From Klebsormidium nitens (lineage: Eukaryota > Plantae > Klebsormidiophyceae), in the NCBI GenBank assembly GCA_000708835.1, contig DF237246.1, positions 44,325 through 108,324 of the forward strand: a DNA stretch of 64,000 nt. The letters are read 5' to 3'. A program made the position numbers and the translations under genes. Each line of letters opens with the position of its first letter. Within the stretch, counting starts at the first letter, position 1. The notes below the pieces were generated by a model. The model was not told where the DNA came from. It saw only the letters and a list, made by a program, of their open reading frames with translations, and did no database searches. Below, one piece after another: positions 13,059 through 25,000 of the stretch.

Positions 13059-16000
13059 ATGGACACAACATCGACACACCCCTGGGCCCTACAACTCTCT
13101 TCCCCCCTCCAGTTTCTCACCTTGAAGACAGAAGAGGGGGGCGTCAAGCCTGAGATTGCAATCCTGTTCTTTGGGCTGGCCCTCATTTTGGGCGCGCTCT
13201 GCAAGCAGGTCTCTGCACACACGCTCGTCCCCTACACGGTGGCCCTGCTCATCATTGGCATTGTCCTCGGTGTCCTTGGTGAGTGGCCTTTCTACTTACT
13301 TAGAACGGTCTTGATCGCTCTTTTGTATCCTGGTTCTCATGAGAGGGACCCGCTGATGAGGCCAGCATGCCATGAATCTTATGTCAGCTGAGAAGTCAAT
13401 TGCAAATGCTTGGGGACACTGTCAAGGTTTAAAGGCATTGGAGCTGTGGTGAAGAAGTTCGACAGCTATGGCACTGACTTTCTTGGACCATTTGGGCTTC
13501 AACAAATTGAAAAGCCATGTTTCCAATAGCTTTCCTCCGGGCATGGCACAAATTGTTCTTTGATTATGGAAAGGTCGGTTTTTAGAGGCGATTCGGGTTC
13601 TGACGGCCTTGGAAAGCTGAGCTCAACCTGTTGCAGAGGGGGAATGAGCTGGTCCGGCTTGATGGATGAATGCAAGCCCCCTGTCTTTGGACTCTCTTCT
13701 GAGCTGTGTCTCTTAACCAGGCCGTAGACAATGTTCTTAAACAGGGGCAGTCTGCCTTGTATGAAGCAATGAATCAGACATAAGCCAAACCTTGATCCAT
13801 GCCCCTACATGTTCAAAGACCTGTGCGGTTGCGACTCAGCAAAGGAGACATGTTTTAAGCTGTGATTACCGAACACAACTCAAGCTGTGGAAACCATTTT
13901 TCTTCATCGTATTTGTGTGCCCAATCAAGCCCGCTGGGGCAGACCCCAATTCTTAGAAAAAAGTGGACAGAAATTCCATTCAATCGAGCAGTGAGCTCCT
14001 TCTCTGGGGCGTCTAAGGGGCGGTTCGGAGGCCGCTTTCCTAATTTGCAAACTGGCTCTGGTTTGCAGGGCACGGGGACACAGGAAGAATGTGGTTTTCA
14101 ATGTATGGGGAATTCTCAGACTATGTTTGTGTATGACTGTGCAGATCACGTGCTGCACAATGGGCTGGGCACGCTGGGGGAGAGCATCCAGATATGTGAG
14201 TGGCCGTGGCAACGGACTGTACTGTCATCTCAGACGCAATTGTTGACACCGGAGTGCGTGTTGCAAACCTTTCTGACAGCCTTGCAGACGCTCCTGATAG
14301 CTTTTATCTGTAGTTTCTAATTTGGTGCGGAAGCATTCTTGTGCCGCGACTCATGCTGTTGTTTGGAAGTTTCGGAATCTGGAAGATTTACGTTCTTTGC
14401 TCCATCCCAGTCACTTTGTTTCACCACCTATTTGTGTCATCGTGGCGCACCTAGAGGAGATCGAGAAAGGTCATTATTTGCTTACCCTTTAGTGCATGCT
14501 GCACGTGTTCTCCCCACCGGACAAAGACCTGTGCTTCCTTAATTTACCGGCCGCCGCATCTGGATTCTTAGCTCAGGCTGACTTCTCATCTCCCACACGA
14601 TGTTGAAGAAATGGTCAAAGCTTGGATGGTTGGAAGGCCGACATGGACAGGGAGGCGGAGTCGGGTTATCTGTTTGAGCTCGCCACTAGTCTCATGCATC
14701 CACTTTGTCCATTTCCATCCTGTGCTGGTCACCACCTGTTTAAGCGCAGTTTCGAATCAAAGATTAACTCTCGTGTTGCAGGGGCCGACATTGAACCTGG
14801 TCTTATCCTTTTCGTCTTCCTTCCGGCGCTGCTCTTCGAGAGCTCCATGTCGATGGAAGTCCACAAGTCAGGGTGAGCGGTAGAAACTTCCTTGTCCGTT
14901 TGAAGAGAGCAGAATCCACCACTTCACTGGGCGAGTCATGGTCAAGCATTGGCCAATCTCTCTATGTTCTGAGGGAGATGAACGGACTTTCAGTAGCCGT
15001 AGTTCAGATTGGATAAGATCTGGGCAGTCTAAAAGCGGCACTTCGACCAATCAGTCCCGCGCTGAAAATGCAAATAGAGATGTCCCACGTCCAGATTTTG
15101 TCTTCTGAATTGGATTGAATGTTCCATCGTGGATAACACTGGGCCATGAGTTATCCGACAGCGCTAGACCCGAATCATCCTGGATCGACTTGCAGCTTAA
15201 ATCTGGTGTCGAACATCAGTGCATAAGACGACTGCCAACGAGGTTAAGCACTATCACTGCCTGTCAACCGGCAGCCAAGTATGGTTGACACGCCATCTCC
15301 CCGAGCAGGGTGTACCCCATACAATCATACAGCCACCACAACTGATGAGCTTGCTTGCGGTGTCCGCAGAAATGCCTGTGGCAAATGTCGCTCCTCGCGG
15401 GTCCGGGGGTGCTTGTTAACACCTTTGTTCTGGGGGCCGCTCTGAAGGTGAGGTCATTCACTTAACAACTGCGGTGTTAACACGCAGTCAGACTAAACCC
15501 TTCGAGCTTGTTCTTTCAAGGGATCCCTTATCTGAGTTGGCTACAAACCTCTAGCCCTGCTTGTTCTGAGGTCGCTCGTGACCAAAATAAAGTCAACCGT
15601 GGCAAAGGTGAAGGGGAAGCCTTCGAAAGGAAAGATGATCGACAGTCGTTCTTTTTCGCTCAATACGTGGTCTTGGCACCCCCTAACCGTAGTGCAGAGT
15701 TCGGGCTGAGATGTTCGCAGGCTAAGGAATTGTCATTTCAACCGAGCCTTCTTCAAGACCTTCTTGCTTGGTGGTGATGCGGATTTCGAGATTCCCCCGA
15801 CGGTCGTTTCCAGGCTACCCGACTCATTCTAGTCCGATTGTTTCGAGCAGTGCAGCCTCCTTTTGTCCGAGAGGCCACCGTGACTCCAATCCAACTCAGT
15901 AGAAAGGCTTCCCACCCAGTGGTTAATCTGAACCCATTTGCAAACCCGCAGTTTTGCTTCCCCTATTCGTGGAGCTGGGGTCTGTCCCTGACGTTGGGCG

Positions 16001-19000
16001 GCCTTTTGAGCGCAACGGATCCAGTGGCAGTGGTCGCCCTCTTGAAGGAGCTGGGCGCCAGCAAGAAGCTCAACACCATAATCGAGGGGGAGTCGCTCAT
16101 CAACGACGGGTAAGTCCCAGGCGTGGTTGGGTTATTCTGGATGTGGGCCACACCACGTGATCGAATAAAAAGGAAACTTCGAGAACTTTAGGAATGTTAC
16201 TCAGTACCGTTAAATTTGGACCTCTTCGTGACCCGAAACGTGAATCAGGGTCCTGCAGGCAGACGAAGGGCACACTGCCACCTCATTCACAGAAGCACGG
16301 TCCAATACAGATCTGCGAAGTGACAGACATTTGTGAGCACAAACAAGCTCAGAACTCATTTTAAGCCAAGACCAGCATACACCCAATTCCAATCCAAACC
16401 CAGTTTAATCCGGCCAAGTTTGCTTGGGAACATTCCCAATTAGGAGATGAGAAAGTGCTTCTTAGAACAGGTTCTTTGGGCGCCCCGGCTTTGTATCACG
16501 CGTGACGTACATAAGATTGCGCACGGCGGTCAGGGTTGAGTTTCAATGAACGCTGATTGGCGGACGAGATTTGAATTCTCGGCAGCGCTTCGTGAAGCAA
16601 GCATCTTTCTTGCCCGCAGCACGGCGATCGTCGTCTTTCGCCTCTTCTACCGGATCGTCTTCGGCAGCAAGTTCAACTTCGTCAACACAATCGTCTATTT
16701 TATGCAGATCTCCTTTGGAGGGTGAGTCCAGGGACGGGAAACGCATGTTCTACGCTTAAATGATGTAGCGGCATTACAAATGTGGAGCGGCCCGTGTCTG
16801 TATCATTGAGGATAAGCAAGACGCCGTTTCGGAGCGGATTTCAGGGGCCATTTTGCTGAATGCGGACTTTTCTTGCATACGACGTCAGCCCCGCCCCAAC
16901 TTCTCTTCTCTCGTGTTTTCAAAGCCAGTGCTTATCATTCTGCGAGAATCATGACAGTGGCTTGAAACGCGATGGATTCCAAACTCGAAACGTTGTGCGA
17001 TCGGTCGGTCCTCTCCCCGGCTTTTCCGGTCACACCTTCACCTCGTGCGATTTCCTCCTGCAAACTCTAACCCCCGAGCTGAGTTACCGCCACCTCCAGT
17101 CTTAGGCTTGCCTGAGCTCATCTTCGATTTTGTAGTGACATCGTGCTGCTTTTACAATGTCGCCGGTCTGAGTCTATTCTTGCTCTGTAAAGTGGCAAGC
17201 AATGAAAATAATTATCCTGGAGCCAACTGTCGCGTTAATCCCACCGGTCTGAGTCCACTCCTGCCCTGCAGAGTGGCAATGGGCATCGCCTTTGGGCTGG
17301 TCGCCATAATGTGGCTCGGTTTCGTGTTCAACGACACTCTCATCGAAATCACCATCACGGTCTCGGCCGCGTATATGGTCTACTTCACGGTGAGCTGACA
17401 CGTGGCCCCAGCCGTCCGATTTGACACGCTGCAAATCAGCATCGAGAAACTTGATTCTGGTTGTCATCCGTTTGACATTGTTGAGAAACCTCGTCAAGCA
17501 GATTCGTCAATGCAGTTCGCTCATATGTGCATCTGGTTCCTCAAACGGAAATTGGGGCTTCCAAGTTTTCACCTTGCAAGCGGCTTCGAAAGCGAACGTG
17601 AAGCGGATTTGCTCCTGATAGCCAAAGAAAAACCTTCACATCAACCTTCACGACCAATATTGCGACGGGATCCTATCCTTCGAATACTCTAAACTGACGT
17701 GACTTAAATTGCCATGACGCCCGCCCTTTTTGACAACACAACTATTTCGTTAAAGTTTTCAAGAGTCGTTTTTGCGCAAGGCATTTTAAGTTTTCAAGAG
17801 TCGTTTTGTGCAAGGCACGCTAAGAGGAATGCCAACTGCAGATTCTGCTCGATCCACGGTGGAAGGACGAGGATCTTGTTTCGACCCATGTCAAGACCGG
17901 TGTGCTCAAAGAATCAGACCGCTGTCTTACAAGACCCTGGTTTCGCAGATCGCAAGTTGGTTTGCTTCTTAGTTCTTAATCGAACTGTCGGAATCTTAGT
18001 AAGACGGACCTGCATCGTTGCCATATCTGGGCTGTTCTTTTCAGGGTTCCTCACACTCGACATCGCTCTGTCTTGTCTGCAGTCGGAGCAGAATGCGGGT
18101 GTCTCTGGCGTCATCGGCGTTATGTTCCTTGGAATGTGAGTTCCGCTTTCGTAGCCCTTTCGGTTTGGGGCCTTTCGCTGAAAAGTCTAGTGCATCAACA
18201 CAAATGTCAGGTGATGTTCGGGAAAGGAATTATGCCTCTGGCTAAAATGGAGGCCTTTCGAGTAAATGAATATGACGGATCAGTGCCGGCAGGGCGTTCT
18301 TGATGAGAGGAGATAACCTTTGTATGATCGTATCGAAACGATTGAAATCTCAGATTCTTACTAGCGAGAATAGCTAGTCTGGCCGTTTGATCCAGGTTTC
18401 CATTCGTGCGGCATGGTCTGCGAAGTCCTCTCAAGGCCGTGCTCGAATCGGCCTTTCGCGGGAAGAAGCCTCCTGCTTATCCTCCTATCTTGTACCTTAG
18501 AGGAACTTTTGCATTAAGCTGTTGACGAGTTATTCCCCACGAGTTTCTCCTCATTCCAAACTCGGCACGGCCTTTCATAAGCCTCTCGGCTTCGGCTCTA
18601 TTTCGCAGATTCTTTGCCGCGGTCGGCAACACGGCGTTCACGGGAGAGCACAAGAAGAGCTTGCACCACTTCTGGGAGATGGTCGCGTACATGGCTAACA
18701 CGCTCATATTCATCCTCAGGTCCGTACAAAAAAAGTAATTTCGGCCTAGTTGCAGGTTTACCCAAATGCTATCTTTGCCCCAATTGGAGTGAAATCCTGT
18801 CAATCTGCAAAAGCAGGTGAAATATAAGGTGCAATGAGTATCAAGGAGATCCCCTTGCGCCGCAGTGTCAGTTGCAAGTTATGTTAGACCCAGTTTGATA
18901 CCCATTCAGCCCGGATTACAGTCTTTTGCTCGTGTTGGGTGCGTGCAGTGGGGTCATCATTGCTGAGGTCATCCTGCGCAACACGGAGAGCATCGACGCG

Positions 19001-22000
19001 CGCGACTGGGTGTACCTCATCGTGCTCTACCTCTTCGTCCAGTTAGCCCGGGTTGTCGTCGTCGGGTTATCCTACCCGCTGCTTAAGTACTGGGGTTACG
19101 GAATCGACTGGAAAAAGGTTAGCTCCATTTCAAACCGCGATTCGAAACTACCAGACAGGACGCTTCGACTTCCAAGGATAATTTTGAGCTCTCTCAATCT
19201 CTACCGGACGTTGCTCCGGCGCTTTGTACTTTAAGATCGGCATATTGGCTCACGTCTGTCTACGGGTGCAGGCGACGGTGATGACGTGGGCGGGGCTACG
19301 TGGCGCTGTGGCACTTACCCTTGCTCTCACGGTTAACGTAAGTTTGAATAACATACTCTGCTTTTTATTCACGAGATGCTTTGGAGCTGTGTCTTCCTGG
19401 CAACTAGCGGCTCGGCTCAACCGCTTCCAACTTGTCTAGCTGGGGTGTGCATGGCAAAGGAAGGATAGTCAAATGTAACAACAAGAACCGAAGGAGGTTG
19501 CTCGAAAGGAGCCGATCCCGCTTATCCGAAAACGTTTTCGCCCGTTCAACCCACTTAAAAAGTCGCTCGAGTCTCCTGTCTTCTAGTTTGATCTTACCTC
19601 GACTGCAGCTATTTTCCAGCAAACTGCGGGTTTCCTCTTGGAAAAAGGGAAGTTCTAAGGGTGTGGAAGTCAGTTGCCGTAATCTGTGTTCCAGACTTGC
19701 CTAACTTCGTCGACTAAACTTAAGGCTTCCCACGTAGTTTGGACACCAACAGCTTGCTCGAGAAGCGCTGTAACTTCACCCAACAACAGACTGTCCACTA
19801 ATTGACTCCACTTTCTTGTAAGTACAGAGCTGGAAAGTGGTTCAATTGCAAACAGCCTGCGTGTGGTTTGCGGCTACCGAGGGGTCTGAACGATTCTCAA
19901 CAGTATCTGATTTTTCATTCTGAATCGCAGAGTGACGACGGGCCGCACATCGATGCTCACGGGATCGACCAAACGGTCTCCGCTAAGGACCGAGCGAGGG
20001 TGAGTGCTCCACTACCCTACGACCCTACAGCTCTTACACCTTGAACCACACAAAAGAAGTTAGGGAGGCGAGTGCTCGCCCTTGCGTCATATTCCAAGTA
20101 ACCCCCTTCATTCTGCCCCTGCAAAGCGGTCGGATGCGGGCTCGTGCGTACCTTTATGATGATAAATTTAGCAACAAGCAAATTGCAATAAGCCCTCAAG
20201 TTATCAGCGATTTCAGACCTCATCGGACGGTTCTCAATGCACTTCAAAGCTAGAGAAATCTGAGCCGCAAAGGTGATCCTCTTGAGCGGTTTGTTGGTTG
20301 TAAGGGCCAATGTCTTGAATAACCCCTTCAGTTCCCATTACTTGCCTTGGAAGGAACCACTAGACAAGGTCCAGTAGGGATCTGCCTCCAGCCCACTTTT
20401 CGTGACGCTCTCAGAGCTGTGGTCAGTTCTCTGCCTTCCAGTCCCAGCTCGTGGTTTGGGTTCCTAATCAGCGGCGTTGGTTCCTTTATCTTCGTCGACA
20501 AACCCTGTTAGTGGCTCAGTATCCTTACGATTACCCCTGGTACTTCGTGATTCCCTCTGAAGCATCCTTCTTTCCACAATCGTCACTAACCCTGTGGTTT
20601 GACCGCGCAGGTTGTGTTCCTGACCGGCGGGGTTGTGTTCCTAACCCTGGTCATTAACGGCAGCACGAGCCAGTGGCTGCTCAGCGCCCTGGGCTTGGAC
20701 CGCCTGACCGAATCCAAGGTGCGCACTGCAGAAGCTCTAGATGGCCGAGATTGTTTCGCAGCCGTCCGATCTTCACATAAGAATGCCTTTTAACATCTGA
20801 GTTCAAGAAGTTCAATTGTGGACAGGTTACTGGAACGGGTTTGAATTAAGGCCAGTAAATCCGCCTGGAAAGAACGAATCTGACGCGTCCACTTTTATAC
20901 CTCAAAATATAGAGGGTAGGTAGTGACGCCGTTTCTTCCTGCCCCCCTGCCACTCCAATCCCCTGCGTTCCGCCTGTTTTCGGCACGTCCAAGCCTTGTT
21001 GACTCAGTTGTAACACCTGAAACAACGGGTGAGCCCAGCCAAGCTTCGTGTATTTCGCTGATCTTGCGTACAGAGTAGTTGCGACGGTAACATTCGGTTT
21101 GGGGAAAGAGATGCGCCTCAGTGCGCGTATCAAGCGGCAGCCACCGTACACATCCAAACAACCCAAGTCTCTTGTTTCCTGCCCATCGATTCCTTCCTTC
21201 TGATCAGCCGGCAAACTGTAGGCAACAGAGGGTCAAAGGAAAAGCTTGTGAAGCGGACCGGGCGCTCAACCAGACTTTTACCAAGTGCGGTCAAGCTTCG
21301 GTTTATCGTGTGTGTTGCAGCTGCGTATCTTGGGCTATGCGCAACAGGAGATGCGCAGTCTTGAGCTGCAGTCGTATGTGGAGGTGGGAGAGGACGACGA
21401 GGAGCTGGGCCCTGCGCACTGGGCCTCCGTCCAGAATTTCGTGACAAACCTGAGGTGAGGTTTTCGTGCCGCGCCCAAACAAGGCCGTCGCATTTCTACC
21501 CGGCCGATTCGTTGATCCCCGACGGCCTTCGAGGAATCTGCGAGACCTGCCTGCTGATTGCTACCAGACAAACCTGGTCTTATCCGTTGACAAGCGTCCG
21601 TATTGCGGGTCTCTTTGATTTCCCTGCCATTCTTGGGGGGGTCGCCGATGAGGATCGTCGGAGCGCTTTTTTCTACGGTTTGTTTGGGAGCTTTGCCGTT
21701 TGCGGATATTAGTTCCGCACGCAAAGCAGGGCCCCGCACCGACTAGACGCATCTTGTATGACGTCCCCGTTTCTCAGACACTCCCGGATTCGTAGCCTAG
21801 AAGTCCCCTATAAGTGAGCCCGTCACAACTGCAGACACGCCTCTGCAGGAGTCTCGAAATTGCGGCTCCGGTTTTGGCCATCACAGAAGGCTGGACGACG
21901 TCAACCAAGAGTAAACACGGCCAATCTCGCCTCCCCCCTTCTGGCCGCCTTAGTAAAGGACAGCCGTCGATCGCTCATTCGACCATTTCGTTCCCGCAGG

Positions 22001-25000
22001 AAAGGCGAGACCGAGGAGCCGAGCGATCCCTTTGGTCCGGTCATCAGCGATGAGACGACCGAGATGCACCGCATGCGGCTGCGAGATGTGCGCGCGCGTT
22101 TCCTCCGAGGTGACGGAAAGCTCTACGTCTCTGAGGAACGGAATGCCGACAATAACTCGATTCGATTTACGAAACCTGTGAAACTTCAAGAGGTTGTAAG
22201 ACTTCTTCTCTGGCATATAGTTTAAGGTGTGGGCAAATGTCGTCATTGAGTCTCTGTGCCGGTAGAAGTTTCTCGGATCCTCTTCCCAAGCGTTTGCAAT
22301 CCTGAAAACGTGCCCTCTTTCAAAATGTGCACCTAGAAGCTTACGGAAAGATCCAGTCGCAAAATGCTATTAAAGGGTGCCGAGCGAGTGCCTCTGTATA
22401 CGGGTTCTCGTCTCTTATACATCAGGCGAACCTCGCATCCGAGCTCCAGGCACTTATATTTCTTATCTATTTAATGAGGGCGTCCGATGAAGCAAGGCAA
22501 ACTTTCTTTGGGAATCCAGGTGGAGGTGGCTAGCGTGCTCAACCCTTATATGAAACTCGACGGTTCGAAACTCGGCCTCAGCATTTATTTCTGATCTGCT
22601 GGATCCCGCAGCGCCCCGGTTTCCATAGTCATACCGATTGTCAAAATCCAACGTCACAAAGCAGAATGCTACCAACGATCAGATTTCACATGAAGAAAAC
22701 GACTTCGAGAAGGACGAGTCCTTTGACGCCCTAGTCACGGCGTGCTAGCTCCTTCAACAGAAACCCAACTAGCAGAGACATCGGTACAAGTTTTCTCTTT
22801 GCATCAGTTCAGTTGCCTAAGAACCACGGAGCACTTCCCCCAAGTTCTGGGTTGGCCATCTTCTGAGCTGAACACTGCTGCGAAGATACCCGAGACTCCC
22901 GAACATGTTGAGGCCGCCGTCTGGGGCAAATCCGGGCAAAATGGCAAATCGAACTTGACCAGACTACGTTCCAGACGCATCCTCAGTCAGATTAACCACG
23001 CTCCAACCAACCCACTAACCTTGTGACTCCCGCGGCCCCCCGCAGGCGTCCAGGCGGCCTACTGGGACCAGCTCGACGAGGGTCGCCTGTCCCAAGTCGA
23101 AACGCGCATCCTCATCGAATCCATCGAATGCGGCTTAGACTCGGACACCGAGTTGTGCGACTGGGCGGAACTGCGGCCATACGTGCAAGTGCCCCCCTGG
23201 CTGCGCTTCCTGCAGTCGATCCAGCACAACAACTCGTACGTGAACGCGTTGGTTAAACGGCTGGTGGTGGGCAGTTTGGAGCAGGCGTGTGCGCTCGCGG
23301 CGGGGTATCTGCGCGCGCACCACAGGGCAAGGTGCGCCGATTTGCAGAGTTCACAGAGATGAGAAAACAAAGTGTCAATGTCCCAAATGCCGCTGAAACT
23401 GTAATAAACAGCGCATCCTTTTTTGCGCGACCAAGCTATCGGAAGTACCAAGCTTTCCAAAACGGTGCTGATCGAGGTGCGCTCGTCCCTATGTCGTTCA
23501 CTATTGTAGATAGAACGCCCAGCAAGCCGTAAGCCAGAACTGCAAACGCGGACGAAAACGGTGCAGCGGATCTGATCCAAACGCGGAGAGTAGGATTTGG
23601 AAGGCGCGCGGAGCATTCCGTTTCTAGTTTTCTCCAACGAATCATTCGCCCGTCTCAGGCAAGGAGCCGAGACGAAAGCCGCCGTCACGAACTTTTGTCC
23701 TGCCACGAACATTCTTTGGCGCCTTACAGGGAGCAGCTGTGATGAACTTTCGTCCTGTTTCAGAACATTCGTTTGCGCGTTATAGGGAGCAGCTGAAGCA
23801 CTTCCTCCACGACGATGAGCTGGCAGCCGAGGTGATCAAGGAGAGCGCGTGGTTCTCGAAGGAGCCGCACATGTTCCTCGAGGAGGTGGCGCACACCTTT
23901 CCTCAAGTGCTGACAACGGTGAAGACGCGTCAGGTGGCGTTCCACGTGCTTGGCGATGTAAGCTCCTCCTCAGCGACAAGTTCTTTAACGACGCTTTTAA
24001 TCATTCAAATGGCGGAGTGCACTCATTTGTAATGATGGGTGCTTGTGGGAATCGACGGTTTTCAAAGAAAGCTCTGAGCGGATTCTGACAGGCAGGTCGC
24101 CTTGCGGGCTCTTTTTGAGTGTGGATTTCGAGAGGAATGTGTGCCGATTACGAGCGGAATGAGTGGGTCGAGAGCCAAATTATAGGGTATGAAGGCTCAA
24201 AAACCCGCTCTCGCCGTTTTTCTGTTGCATATTTGACCCCGTCCTTACCCTCTTTGGTTGACGGTTCTTTTCTTGTTTTCTTCTATTTCAAACTTGCAGC
24301 ACCTTGTCTCTCCTTCGCTTTTTTTGGAAATTTTCCAGTACTTGGAGCATGCATCTTGACTTTCTCCTCACCTTTTTCTTGCTCAATCTCCATGAACGCT
24401 ACCAGACGTTATGCAGGGCTTCTCTGACGCTCCATTAGATTTCTAGGCTGAAATAGGTTCCGGAATAATCTCTGGAAAACAACGAAGATTATATTACATA
24501 TGTGAGTATTGTTATTTTGTATTTTGATGTATCATTTTTTATCCTTATAGATTCTTAAACAATCAAAATTCTACCCTCCAGCTCATGTCGTACATCGAGG
24601 ACCTGGACACCGCGGGCCTCGTTGACTCCAAGGAGATCGAGCGGCTCCAGAACGTCATCCGATTGGACCTCAAGAAGCTGAAACGCGCGCCGCGGCTGAT
24701 CCGCCCCCAGCAGCCAACCGGCCTGCTGCAGAGCACTCCCCTGGGGAGCCACGTGCCCCCCCAGTTTGAAACAATGGTGCGGAAGGACGGAGAAGAGCGC
24801 ACTTTCCCCAAGGGAGCGCCGGTCTACCGGGAGGGCTCCGAGGGCAACGAGGTGTTCGTCGTTGCGAGCGGGCACGTCAAGGTGGGTGGTTTGCAAGGGG
24901 TGTAAGATCGTTTGGTTTGGGACTTCCTCTGTTTGCGCCGTTGTTCAAGGTGGGCGGTTTGTGAAGGGTTTGCATTGTTTTGTGGGGGCCGATTAAATGT

